From Lama glama (taxonomy: Eukaryota): a stretch of 64,000 nucleotides of DNA. Positions 39,681 through 54,110 of this stretch are shown here, in pieces. Within the stretch, counting starts at the first letter, position 1. Each line of letters begins with the position of its first letter. Under the pieces are notes generated by a model. It did no database searches. It was not told the DNA's origin and saw only the letters and a list, made by a program, of their open reading frames with translations. A program made the translations under genes and the position numbers. The stretch spans positions 18,540,001-18,604,000 of the forward strand of contig CM052818.1 of assembly GCA_028534125.1 (NCBI GenBank). Direction: 5' to 3'.

Positions 39681-41322
39681 CTGCAGGACAGCTACTTTCT
39701 CATGGCTCCCACAACCTCATGGCTCCTGCCCATTGCTTTCTCTGCTGTCTCTCACCTTCTGCCACCTGACCCTAGGAGTGGGGGTCCCTGTCTCTATGTC
39801 TCATATTCAAAGTACATCAGACTCAGAGTATTACAGGTAGCACACTCTGTAGGCAGACTTCTTACAGCACACAGGCCACCAACTTGGGCACTTAGTAGCT
39901 AAAGAGAATTGCCTTTGGTCAGACACAAGAACGAGTTAGTGTGGTTGTAAGACACCCCGCACGACAGTCTTTCCTGAAAAGCTGTTTGGTCTACCTGCTG
40001 AGAAAAGACTGTGAGCACTGTGGGCATCCACACTGTCTTGTCCAAAACAGTGGGACCAGACCTAAGTCTCTTACCTCTCAAGTAACTATTCTCACCGTAC
40101 CTTTACAGTTTAAGTGGTGTCTGTAAGTGTTCCTTCCACCCACACCCCCAAAATAGCTCACCCTCTGTTCTCAGTGAAACTGAAAATCTATCACCAGATA
40201 TTCACTCCTTTGTAATGAAACCTGGCCATTTCTAGAACCCTAATTTAATATATATTACCCCCCCAAAAAAAATAAAAATAGAAACAGAAACAAAAAAATC
40301 ACCAGGCCTGCAAAGAATCATGTGCTCAATCCCTAACACATCTAGGATAATAACTCTGTAAAGTAGAATGAGAACAGTGGTTTCCTAAAACAGTAAGGAC
40401 ACAAAAGCAGTACGTCTGCAGTCACCGAGGCAAATTCTGCCACCTTGATTATTCCACCAAGGGCTTACACTTGTCATCACTCCATGTTGTCGAGTCCATC
40501 TGTCCATCAATCACCTGCTGACCACCCCCCACAATGTGCTGGGCGCTGAGTATTGGGGCGGTTTGCTGGGGGTGGGTAGGCTGTACAGCTGTACAGTTTC
40601 ATGGGGGATCAGCAGCAGCCCTAAGATGGCAGTATTTTTAAATTCCCCAAGACTCTTTCTCCTCACATTTAACTTGTTTGGGGGCTTTCTTGGACACTGC
40701 TTCATGTCTACAAAAGCTGAGGGGTCCAGGACCTTGTCTGCAAGGCCTGGGCTTTCCACATAGTTCTGCTTGCGCGGCCAGGAGCCTGTTTGCTTTGGAC
40801 AGATGAATCCAGCTTGCCTTTAGAGAAGGCAGATGATGGCTAATGCCACACAGTGGCTCTTAATAGCATAGCCAGCCTGTGCTTCATGAAACCCTTCCCT
40901 GCTGGACGTGATCAATCAAAGACCGAGGCATCTGAGGCCCTAAATATTTCCCCCTGGGGCAGAGCACAAAAGCTGATATAACTGCCTGTGCCTGCGGTCT
41001 CAGAAAGCAAGTGGTTGTTTCACTTCTGCTACATGGAGAGAGGGAGGGGGAGGGAAGAGAGCAGGAGAAAGGAATCAGGAGAGGGGAGAGAGAATGCGAA
41101 TGGAACGAACGCGTGTCAGGTGCAAGGAGCAACACCCAGCCTTGAAAAGAATACTGGGGAGCACATGAGAAAACAACACAACACAGCTTTTTTGAATGTA
41201 GATCTTAATGAGAGTAACTGACACAGAATTAAGGGGAAGGCGAGATGGAGAAAAGATTCCTCAGAACCCAGAATGACACTGTCATTGAGAGGAAGTTTCC
41301 GTCTATGAATCAAATATATTAA

Positions 41323-41553
<231 letters not shown>

Positions 41554-42212
41554 TAAGTGAAAAAACAAAGGCAGAGCTTGCCAAGCTACGGCAAAAAAAA
41601 AAAACAAACACAACTCAGATTTCAAAATACTCAACTGGTCGATGGCTCCCTGCCCCTTCACTCCCTGCCTTCGAGACCAACTCCATAGTCCTGGGGTCAC
41701 GTTCTGATAGACAAGAAGAAAATGAACTGTCCTGTTTCCTCTTGAAACCTGATTCCAAATAGTCAATTCACCCTGCAGCTAGAAGACCTTTGTAGCTTAT
41801 TCTGAGCTAATTGAATTACAGCCTTAAATAAGGCTATAATTGCAGCTGCAAAATGGAGTACAAAACTAGCAACTCAAAGACCAACTAGCTCTAATCCTTA
41901 TCAGAGAAGTGGGAGCAGTAGGTTCAATAGAGTAAATTTCACCTAATGTCTTAATCCTTAGGTTTTTTTTTTTAATGGACACAAAACACTATAGAAGGAT
42001 TTGTTTCTTTAAGCTATTTCTCTCCCAGCTGAAGACTATCTTCTGTCACAGAACAGAATCCTACCTCCCTAAGGATTAGCTTAGTGTGGAAACAGAAAAG
42101 GCAGAGGCTCCTGGCTGGTTTGTGTCCAGTGTGGGGCACCTTATTGATTCAACTAATTAATGCCAATCCAGAATGGAGTGGCAGAGAGTGCAGGATTTCA
42201 TTCTTTCCTTAA

Positions 42213-42463
42213 AGCATTGTTTTCCAGATTTTTTTGAGTGTGATGCACACCAAGAAATACCGTTTTTACATTGTAACCCAGTACATGACACATATGTAAC
42301 TGAAGTAAAACAAAGCACTAAACTTTTTTACGTGGGGTACACTGATAATATCTTATCTACTTTATTTTATTTCATGTCTGTCTGTTTTTAATGCTAGTCT
42401 TGATTCACTCTACCGTTTTCATGACCCGTGAATGGGTCACAACTTACAGTTGGAGAAACACTG
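42213..42463. mobile_element. hAT-Charlie-type DNA transposon fossil (family not assigned); related fragments at ~31347-31420, ~31975-32190 and ~56700-56940
   Basis: Inverted ends (cattgttttcca...tggagaaacactg) and shared internal motifs among the copies. Confidence 0.5.
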
Positions 42464-44555
42464 CCCTAAAGGGATATTATACAGCTTAAGAAGATATTCT
42501 CAATCAATGAATTAGATGAGACGCTAAGAGCGTGACACTAGGATGCCACTGTCTTTTTCTGGAATCAACCCATTTATAACGAATCAACCAGCATTTATTA
42601 TCGTGCACCTACTCTCTGCCCTGCAGAGGTGGGTGTGGTTCTACCTAAGGCTTCTGAGGTAACCAAGAAGACAAACCACTCGCTGTGCTTGGAGAACTCT
42701 GCACCATTAACTGAGCTTCAAAGAACATTAACTGAGCACTCAGCAGGTTCCAAACACTGTGCAAAAGCCTGAAGCTACAAAAGATGAGTAAGAGCTCATC
42801 CTAACCAACAGAGTCACAGGCAACTAACTGTTGGGGACAACACACAAGACAGACAGCCAAAATTTAGGTCCAATAGAGCAAATCTTGGGCAGAGCTGAGA
42901 ACAGAACAGAGTACTCCGGGAGAACAGAGGAAGAGTTTCTAAATGGCAGTGGGGCTTATGAAAAGCTTCCTGAGGAAGTGACTTCTGCTGAGCCTTGAAG
43001 ACCAGGTAGGAATTAGCTGGACAGGGGTGGGGGAAAAGCATGCCAGAAAGATAGAATAGCTTGTGTGAGGGCACAGAGGTGAGAGACAGTGGGATGACAG
43101 TCATTCAGAAAAACCAGCACAAGACTTACAGTTTACAGGGAGGAGCGTGAGTGAGGAGAAGAAACCAGGGAGAGGTGCATTATGGTGGTCTCTGAGTGCC
43201 AGGCCAAGTGGTTTAGAGGTTGGGAAAATTCAAAACTGAAGATATTGAAGAATTTGAAACAAAATTACTCAGATTTGTTTCTGTAAAATATCATTCTGGC
43301 AGCAGGGTGGAGGATGGGCTGGAAGTGAGCAGAGCTGGTGAAAGAAAGACCTCAGGAGCTATGAGGATGGAGGGCCTGAAGCCAGGCCAGTGGACCGTAT
43401 GTGCCAGCTCTGGGTCACCCCTCTGCCCTGCAGCTGCTGCGCCTGGAGGGCAAACACAGCTGCCGAGGCAGATGGCCCCCAAAACCTCCTCGGTATCTAT
43501 GATTAAAACTTCAGAAAAGATAGAGTAGACAGAACCCAGTGCTATTATCTGAAGGCCAAGAACAACCACATTTCCTGTTAGCTACAGATTGATTCACACA
43601 CAGTATTTCTAAGTATCAGATACAGAGAGCCAGGATCAAACACACACACAGTATCTCTGTCTCTCTCTCTCTCACTCACACACACACAAACAACAAACCG
43701 ATTACTTTTGGTGAAAAGTGTGTCCAATAGGTCAAATAGTTCTGAAACATTCTCCACCTTCCTGCTCTTATACAAGGTCATTCCTACAAGGAACTGTCCT
43801 GCTAACACTGGGGAAGACCAACACACAGACAGAAATGTCGATTCTGGTTGTCTCATTTCTCCCTCCTCCTCAGGAAAGGTTGAGGTTTTCACAGCCTGCT
43901 CTCCTCTTCTCCATTTCTTCATCCACTTTTCCTTTGTGCCTCCCTTTGGTTTCATCTTCAGGATATAAGTACAGTGGACCTTTCAATTTCTTGACATTTC
44001 CCCCTTTCCATAGGCTAAAATTCTTAGAGGAAAAGAGGGAGGACTGCAGAGCAACCACATTAAAGTTCTGTACATAAGCAGAAAATTCACATCATAATGT
44101 CAGGCCCAGGATCTTCAAACCCTTACAAAAGAGATTCCCAGTTACAGTTCAAAGCCAGGAGCTCTGAATGGTTATTTGTTCATCAAGGCCAGCATGGTGG
44201 GGAGAGTGGTGAGCAGCAAACCTTAAATACACCATAAAGGTTGCTTTTAATGAGCATTGAAAAATCCATGATTCGATGTGACAAATTTAAGTTTTTTCAT
44301 CTCTAGAGCCCACACAAAACACTTAGCATTCAGAAGCATTTTATCTAAGCTGGAAGCATTCTGATGACAATTCAGAGCCTTTACTCTCTCCCCAGGAAAC
44401 GGTTCAGTTAGGACAATGGTGCAGAACACTACGCTGGTGTAATAGGTAAAGAATTTGGACAAACAAAGCATAAATAGACATGATCAGGTTTTAGTTTAAA
44501 GACCAAAAGCTCAACTGTGGTGGTCTTTTTTTTTTTTTTACCTCTTCTCTTTCAG

Positions 44556-44636
44556 GCAGAATTTTTCATTTTCCATTTTTAAAAACTTTTCCAAACAATG
44601 TGAAAGCACAGCAAGGAGACCAAATAATGAAACACT
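44556..44636 (+). CDS. LHCGR: LHCGR exon 10 (81 nt; [26 protein letters not shown])
   Basis: Strong T-rich tract plus CAG, GTAAGT donor; three N-glycosylation sequons (NFS, NFS, NET). Confidence 0.97.
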
Positions 44637-47600
44637 GTAAGTATTTGCATGCAAAGAAACTCGGGAAGGCATATCTCATTCTGCGTACACCTTATTATTA
44701 TCAGTGCCAACAATTTTCTTTTGATAAAAGTCTTGGTTGGGGGGATGTTTGCAAAGCATTTTTTAGTAGCTTTAAAATGGGGATTTTTTTCTTTGCAAGT
44801 GGCATCCAGTTGATCAGTTATCTCTTTCAACCAGTTTAAAAAAATTTTTTTTAAAAAACACATCTACCTGTTCAGTCTACAATTATATTAAATTCTCTTC
44901 AGCAATTAAAACTTTATTTGCAAGTATTTTGATGTCACTAAGGGCTTATTCAAATGATAGCTTCATTTGTATGGACTTTTCACTAGTCTCGTGGCCAGCA
45001 CTCCACAAAGAGTAACTGATTGCAGTTATGGCTCCTAGAAGTAGTCACTTCCCTTCAAAGAGACTTAGGCCACCTTGGCCATTATACTCTGGAGCTTAAA
45101 ATTATTCAAATTTAATACTGTCACCAACATACATTTATGGGAGCTCCATTTCTATTCTACTGACTGATTTTTTTTTTTTTTAACATTTTTCTGCTGCCTT
45201 GGCATTTCCCATACCTTCAAATGTAAAAGAGCCTCCAGAGATGATCCCACTGTCCCCATGCCACATTTACTGCGATTTAGGAGTTTCACTATTTCCCACC
45301 CTACCCCCCAGCCCCTCCCTCATGTCCTTCAGGCCACAAAACCAGATGCCCGTCTAAAATACCTTGCCAATCTCCCTTCTTCTTCTGCACCATTTCTTTT
45401 CTCTTTTTTCCTATCAATCTGCAAGTTATATAGAGGCAGCAGGGTGGTATAATGGAAGGACCCTGCGCCTTGGGGCTTCTCGGAGTTGGATATGAATTCT
45501 TGGCACTAAGGTTTCTGTAACACTAGTTATCCTTGGACAATAGTTAACTTTCTTGAGACTTTTTTCTCAACTGTAAAGTTCAGCAGAAATATCATTTGGC
45601 TTTCAGAACTACAGGAGTGAAGGGAGTTGTTAACGATGGTGACAGCATCTAGGGCACCTTATATGATAGTCTGTATCCTCTTTTCCTTGTTTCTTCCATT
45701 CAGGCCTGACACCATTTATCTTCCAGTGTTCCCTTTCCTCACCTTTCCCACTCTTCTCTCAACACTCTCTCCATCAACCACCTTTTGCAGAACCCTTTTG
45801 CAACCATACAGCTTTTTTCTCATCAATAGGAGACAACTGCTGGATACAGTCAATCATAGTAGCATCAAGGGGTGGCTTGGGAGGAGGGGAGACTTTAGCT
45901 CAGTCTCAATCATCATTAGCCCCTGCCACCCCAAACCTTTCAAAATGAGCATACAATCTTGAGTTTGCTATGCTAACACTTTTTAAAAGGCGCCCCTAAT
46001 CTTCAACATCCCCAAAACTACCTAATTAACACAGAATCTAAGTAAAACGTGTGCTCCCTGTGAAAACATTTTAAATGACAAATCTCCTTCCTCTTCTTCC
46101 CACCAGATTGCTATTCCTGAGTACTCAGAGTTTAGAAATTCTAGAGCCAGCCACCAAATCTTATCTGCTTTCCCCAAGATATCATGGTGTCCTTTCTGCT
46201 ATGGCTGGCCCCACTGTCCTCCTAAAATGCCCATCTTTTCTCCTGTGCTCATTGTGACTGAAGCAATGGAGCTACTGGTTCTCCTTCCTCTAACTCAACA
46301 TTGCTAAGCCCATCCAAGTCCATTCACATTCCCTGCACAGCCTTCAGTGCTAAAGACAGCTCTGTGCTGGATTTTGTCAATAAGCATGCTGCTGACCTCA
46401 GGAGCCATCCGAGGACCCAAATGTTAGTAGCAGCAGGTAGGTATTCGGTCCAAAGAAAAATCACCAAGGAGAAAAACTGCTGGATATATGCTCAGTAGGG
46501 CAAAAAAAGAAAGAGCAAGGGACCAGAGGAGAAGGAAAAGGAACATGTTTGACCTCTTAATGATATAAATTTATTCAGAAATCACAGCAGAATTTTTGGA
46601 CGCTTTGTATTAGTGCTTCTAGCAGCTGAAGTAGCTTTGATAAGGGGAAAGCAGTAAGGGAAATTAAGGCAACAACAGTTGGAAAGTGTTCACCTGATTT
46701 ATTAAAGCCTATTATTTTGTAGGAATCATCCAGGGAACTTGCTTAAAATGTAGATTCCTGGGCTCTGCCTGGAGAGTTTGATTCAGGGCCTGAAGTAAAG
46801 CCAGGCATCTGCATTGTAACAAACACTCTGATGATTCTGGTGAAAGTGATCCAAGGGCTACACTCAGAAAAACAGAGAGATAGTGAAGTAGAAGAAAGGC
46901 CCCTGGACCATGACTATGGAGACCTCACACTGCCACCAGTATCTAGTGCTTAGGGACTTCAGGCAAGTCACTTCCCTCCTTTAACCTTGGTTTCCTTACC
47001 AATAAAATGAAGGGTTCAATGAATTGGTCTTTAAGGACCTTTCCAATGGTAAGAAATAACCTATTTTCTTTCACTGTTCTTATAACCACAATATGTCTTT
47101 AAAAGTTTAAAAATTAGGTAATTATACTGATGTGCATAAGATGAGGACAAACAAACATGCTACTTATATTTAATAATAAAGCAGGAGGGGTTCCTATTCA
47201 GCCCTCTGTGCAAGGCACCAGTGCTTCTCTACTTCCAGTTTGGTTTCTATGATATTCTAGCACCTTTTTTTGAGTCCCAGGTCATAGATTTCTTTCTCTT
47301 CTTTTTTTTTTTTAATCTGTGTTATTTCCCTTAGGTAGTCGTGTTGCTCAAATATATCATTTTACCCACTCACTGTATTAGGTACACACTTCCTTCTACA
47401 GAACATGAGAAGCTAAGTTTTGAGAGCAGAGAAAAATACCCTTTTAGTGCGTGAGGAACCCTAAGGTGAAATACATATTTGTAATGGCCCTGACAGAAAG
47501 ATGGGGCCCATTTATCCACCTCCCAAGATTATATTAGCAGACTGTGGGCAAAGAGAAAATGCGCTGAGCCTGCATGCATCATACTGTAACATTCATTGCC

Positions 47601-48084
47601 CCATAGCCACTCCACTCCTTTCAGAGCCAGAATCAGCCTGGTCTATTCATTCCACAAGCATTTATTGAATGGATACTCCAAGCCAAAACTGTGTGAGGCA
47701 CTGAGATTTCAGAAATAAGTAAGACCTAGTCCCCTGCCTTCAAGGCTATTAAAGAATAGCCTAGAAGACTATCAAAGAAGACATGCATCATCACATAATG
47801 GCAATATGGTTTGAGAATTACAATAGTACATAAGCATAGCCATGGCAGAGAGAAGGGCTGATAAACTCCTTGGAGGTGCAGAATCAAGAAAGGCTTTGTA
47901 GAGAAGCTTGTTTTTAAGGACAAGGAGGAATTCACCAGAGAAATGAGAAAAGAAAGGGAAGAAGAAACAGCATATCCAAAGACAAAGGGATGAAACAGCA
48001 GAACTTATTCTGAGAGCCACAACTCATTTCATGTAACCAAAGGGTTGGGTTGCACAGGGGATTTGCAAAAGAGAATTATAAGAA

Positions 48085-48330
48085 TCTCTAACATGCACCG
48101 AGCACTTAACAGGTGTCAGGCATTATGCTAAACATTCTGTATGTGTTATTGCATTTAATCCTCAGCACAACCATAATAAAGGAGGTATGATTATAATCCC
48201 TATTGGGCGAATGCAGAATCTGAGGTGCAGAGATGTTAAGTATGTCTCCTAGGTTTACACAGCCTATAAAGACTGGAACTCAGGCAGTCCCGTACTAGAG
48301 CCAGTGCTCTGAATTGCGCGGCACTACTGC
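48085..48330 (-). mobile_element. MIR SINE
   Basis: 'catttaatcctcagcacaacc...gaatctgaggtgcagagatgttaagt...aggtttacacagc...gaactcaggcagtc'. Confidence 0.7.
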
Positions 48331-49203
48331 TTCTTAGAGTGAGACTGGAGAAGGAGGCAGAATCCAGAACAAGGAGGGACTCAGAGGTCATCACAAGGAG
48401 TCTGAAGTTTATCCCATAGGCACTGAGAATCTAGGAAATCTTTGACTTAATACATTTGTGCTTAAGAAAGGCCAGTACAGAGGGAATATACAAATGGAAC
48501 TAGGAGAGGGCTAAAATTGGAGGAAGGATGTCAGGAAGAAAACTAATGTAATTGTCCCATAAGAGAAAATGAAAATCTGAACTCAAGCAGTAGCAGTGGT
48601 GTTGGGAGAAAGGGAATGGCACAGGTGGGGCTTTCCTTCATGAGGGACAGAGTCCATCTTCAGTCCACTCTCTGGATTTGACTCATACCCTAAGAAGTAT
48701 CTATTTTCACTATTTCTTCTTGTGGTTCATGACATATTCTTCCTCAGCTCCTTAATTTCTATCTAGTAACCTATCCTTGCTTTCCACTTCCCACCTGGGC
48801 TATTTGATGAGCTTACATGCAAGCATGCAAGCATGACCTCCAGGAGCTGATGATCTTCAGCAATGTGAGCCTTCCAATTCCACTTGTGTTCTACTACAGA
48901 AAAACAGCTTAATAGCAGTCTGGTTCACAACTAAAGGAGATAAATAGCTAAGAAAATGTCAAGAAAGGATTCTTTTAGATTGAGCAAGCATAGATTATGT
49001 CTCTAAATTTGTTTTCCAAAGAAAATCATCCTCTGTAAACAGCTTCATTCAGTCTTTGCATCATTGTGTAAAATCTACATATAAAAAAAAATCTACTTTT
49101 CATTCCCTTCTTAAGGAATTCCTACATCAATTCCGAGTTCTCAGATAACAAATAAATGTAAGACTAAGGCTGTTGTGGCTTTCTTTCGTTTCTTAGGCCT
49201 TAA

Positions 49204-50454
<1,251 letters not shown>

Positions 50455-50871
50455 CTGTTATATAACTATACTTAAATATGTTAAAAAAAATTATCCATAC
50501 CAGTAATTTTAGCAGACTGTTGATTTCAGGAAATTATGTGTTAGGTACATTGGGCAAAAAGAGACCTATACCAAGCTCAAAGTGTAGTCCATGATCACTG
50601 TCAGCCTAAAACCTATTTGTCACTGGCACATGGTAACATACAATACAAAAGTTAAGACTGTTTAGAAACTTTAACAGAAACTTTGACAGTAATTTTATGT
50701 CTGTTGAATCTAACATTTTTAAAATAAGGCAATGTTTTACATGTCTTCGATATTTTTTCTCATTTCACCCCTGTAATTTTTATTGCATTCTACAAAAATA
50801 TTAATTCATAACAGATTTGAAATTTAAAATAACTGGTCCTTTTCCTCAGATAGTTTGAGAAACACAATCCA

Positions 50872-51072
50872 GAGACACATTGTACAATCTGGTAGCCACT
50901 AGCCACATGTAGCTAAATTAAAATTAAACTAAATTAAAAATGTAGTTTTTCAGTTGCACTAGCCACATTTCAAATGCTCAATAGCCACACATGACCAGTG
51001 GTTACCATACTGGACTGCATATATAGAGAACATTTTCATCACTACAGAAAGTTCCACTGGATAGTGGTGTTC
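50872..51072 (-). mobile_element. MER3-type hAT DNA transposon in the probable LHCGR 3' UTR
   Basis: 'ggtagccactagccacatgtagct...cagttgcactagccacatttcaaatgctcaatagccacac...gaacattttcatcactacagaaagttc' matches the reverse of MER3 as recalled. Confidence 0.8.
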
Positions 51073-51849
51073 TAAAGACTTTTATCTATCCCCCATCTAG
51101 GTTCTACTATTTAAAATTTAATGTAAAATAAGCATCTAAAAGCACATTTCAGCCTATTGGCTTGGTGCTTAGTCTCTAAAGAGCAATGAAACATCAAAGA
51201 GTAGATTGTTAACTCCTTGTGGGCAGGAACCCTGTCTCAATTTGTTTCCCTGTCTCCTAGCTCAGGATCTTGGCAATAGTATGCAACAAATGTGCTGAAT
51301 TATGCTGAAGTTATAAAATCTAGAAGGAGAAAATATTTTTTTTCTTTCAAAGGCCCTATCTTTTATGTAAATTTAAAGAAAATATTTAAATATTTAACTT
51401 TCATTATTTCTATCTTTGAAGGTATAGAAAAATATATTCAATATTTGCTAGAAAGTATTTTTATTTATCAGAATTGACTCTTACAGGAAGTCAATATGGT
51501 TTTAATTGCAGTTTTTTTTGTAGGTTCCTTTGCCTTTCTAAAATAACTTATTGAAAGCCTATTCTATGCCAAACATCTTGATAAGTATTTTATATAATTT
51601 AACCCACTTAACCTTCATAAAAGTCTGTGATGATGATCATATTCACATTTTATAGTAGAGGAACACCTATTACCACTTGCCCAAGTTCTCAAAGAACTAA
51701 TAAAAATTTTCAGTTAATAGGATTCAAACTCAAAGTTCTGATTCAGGACCCCAGCGTTTTAACCCACTGTGTTCTTCTGCCTCCCATACTGGTAAATCAT
51801 AGTCACCCAAAGGTTTAGTACGTGTCCAAAGTTCTCTCAATTTCCCCCA

Positions 51850-52510
51850 ACATTTTGTGAATGTTTTCAATCATTCAGAAAAGCTGAAGTAATGGTAAAT
51901 TGCACACCCATATACTTAGATTCAACATTTTACTATATTGGTTTTATAATATATCTATATAATTATCCATCTATCATCTCTGATGCATTTTCATGTAAGT
52001 TGCAGACATCAGTACTTGTCAGCCCTAAACACTTCAGCATGCTTATCATTAACGAAAGTTTAATATTTGTTTACATTTTAAAGGTAAAATTTATGTATAA
52101 TGAAATGGATAAGTCCTAAGCATACCATTTAATGTGTTTTGAGGAACATACACACCCACATACCCAAAACCTTCATGAAGATAGAGAACACTCATCCTCA
52201 GAAAGTTTCCTCATGCCCCTTCCTAATTAATCCCTCACCTCCATCTCACAGAGCTAACAATGGTTATGATTTTTTTCCCCATAGATTAGTGTTGGCTGTT
52301 CTAGAACTTTATATAAATGGAATCACACAATATATATTCTTTTGTGTAAGGCTTCTTGACTCAACACAATGTTTTTGCTATTCATCCATGCTGCTACTTG
52401 AATCAGTAGTTCATTCCTTTTCATTACTGAGTAGTATTCCATTGTATGACTATAGCACTGTTTTCCATTTTCCTATCAATGGGTATCTGGGCTATTTCCA
52501 GTTTTTACTT
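51850..52510 (-). mobile_element. Ancient L1 3' remnant(s) adjoining the younger L1
   Basis: 'gttctagaactttatataaatggaatcacacaatat...ttcatccatg...gtagtattccattgtatg...ggctatttccagttt'. Confidence 0.7.
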
Positions 52511-52519
52511 CCCCTTTGG

Positions 52520-54110
52520 CATTTAAGAGAAAGAATGAAGCTGGAGGAATAACTTTCCCAGACTTCAGACAATACTACAGAGCTAAAGTAACCAAATCAG
52601 CATGGTATTGGCATAAAAACAGACATATGGATCAATGGAACAGAACAGAGAGCCCAGAAATAAACCCACAGACCTATGATCAATTAATCTTTGGTGAAGG
52701 AGACAAGAACATACAATGGAAAAAAGACAGTCTCTTCAGCAAGTGGTGTTTAGAAAACTGGGTAGCAGCATGTAAATCAATGAAGTTAGAGCACTCCCTC
52801 ACTCCATACACAAAAATAAACTCAAAATGGCTTGAAGACTTAAATATAAGACAAGACATGATAAATCTCCTAGAAGAAAACATAGGTAAAACATTGTCTG
52901 ACATAAATCTGAGCAATGTTCTCCTAGGCAGTCAATCAAGGCAATAGAAATAAGAGCAATAATAAACAAAAGGGGCCTAATTAAACTTACAAGCTTTTGC
53001 ACAGCAAAGGAAACCATAAGAAAAGAAAACAACCAGCTACAGAATGGGAGAAAATATCTGCAAATGATGCAAGTGACAAAGGCTTAATTTCCCAAATATA
53101 TAAACAGTTTATACAACTTAACATCAAAAAAACAAACAACCCCATCCAAAAATGTGCAGAAGACCTAAACAAGCAATTCTCCAATGAAGACATACAAATG
53201 GTCAATACGCACATGAAAAAATGGTCAACATCACTATTTATCAGAACTGCAAATCAAAACTACAATGAAGTATCACCTCACATCAGTCAGAATGGCCATC
53301 ATTCAAAAGTCCATGAACAATAAATGCTGGAGAGGGTATGGAGATAAGGGAATCCTCCTACAATGCTGGTGGGAATGTAGCTTGGTGCAGCCATTATGGA
53401 AAACAGTATGGAGATTCCTCAAAAAACTAAAAATAGACTTACCACATGATCCAGCCATCCCACTTCTGGGTATATATCCAGAGGGAACTCTAATTTGAAA
53501 AGATACACGCACTCTAATGTTCATACAGCACTATATGCAATAGCCAAGACATGGAAGCAAACGTCCATTAACAGATGACAGGATAAAGAAGTTGTGGTCT
53601 ATTTATAAAGTGGAATACTACCCAGCCTTAAAAAAGAATAAAATAATGCCATTTGCAGCAACATGGATGGACTTAGAGATGGTCATTCTAAGTGAAGTAA
53701 ACCAGAAAGAGAAAGAAAAATACCATATGATGTCACTCATATGTGGACCCCTCCCCAAAAAGAGAAAAAAAGAAAAAAAGACACTATGAACTCATCTACA
53801 AAACAGAAACAGACTCACAGACATAGTAAACAATCTCATGGTTACCAGAGAAAGGGGGTGGGAAGGGATACATTTGGGAGTTTGAGATTTATAAATGTTG
53901 GCCACTATATATAAAAATAGATTTCAAAAAAGTTTCTGTTGTATAGCACAGGGAATTATGTTCAATATCTTGTAATAACCTTTAATAGAAAATATGAAAA
54001 TGAATATATGTATGTATATGCATGACTGGGACATTGTGCTGTATACCAGAAATTGACACATTGTAACTGACAGTACTTCAATTAAAAAATAAAGTAAAAT
54101 AATAAATAAA
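52520..54110 (+). mobile_element. 5'-truncated, frameshifted younger L1 (~1.6 kb: ORF2 C-terminal part, 3' UTR, A-rich tail)
   Basis: ORF pieces '[29 protein letters not shown]', 'EWEKISAN', '[22 protein letters not shown]' and 'MPFAATWMDLE' in shifting frames; tail 'caattaaaaaataaagtaaaataataaataaa'. Confidence 0.92.

Noticed and set aside
52516..53789. Cluster of ORFs resembling a gene
   Set aside because: Frameshifted L1 ORF2 fragments; 5'-truncated and inactive.
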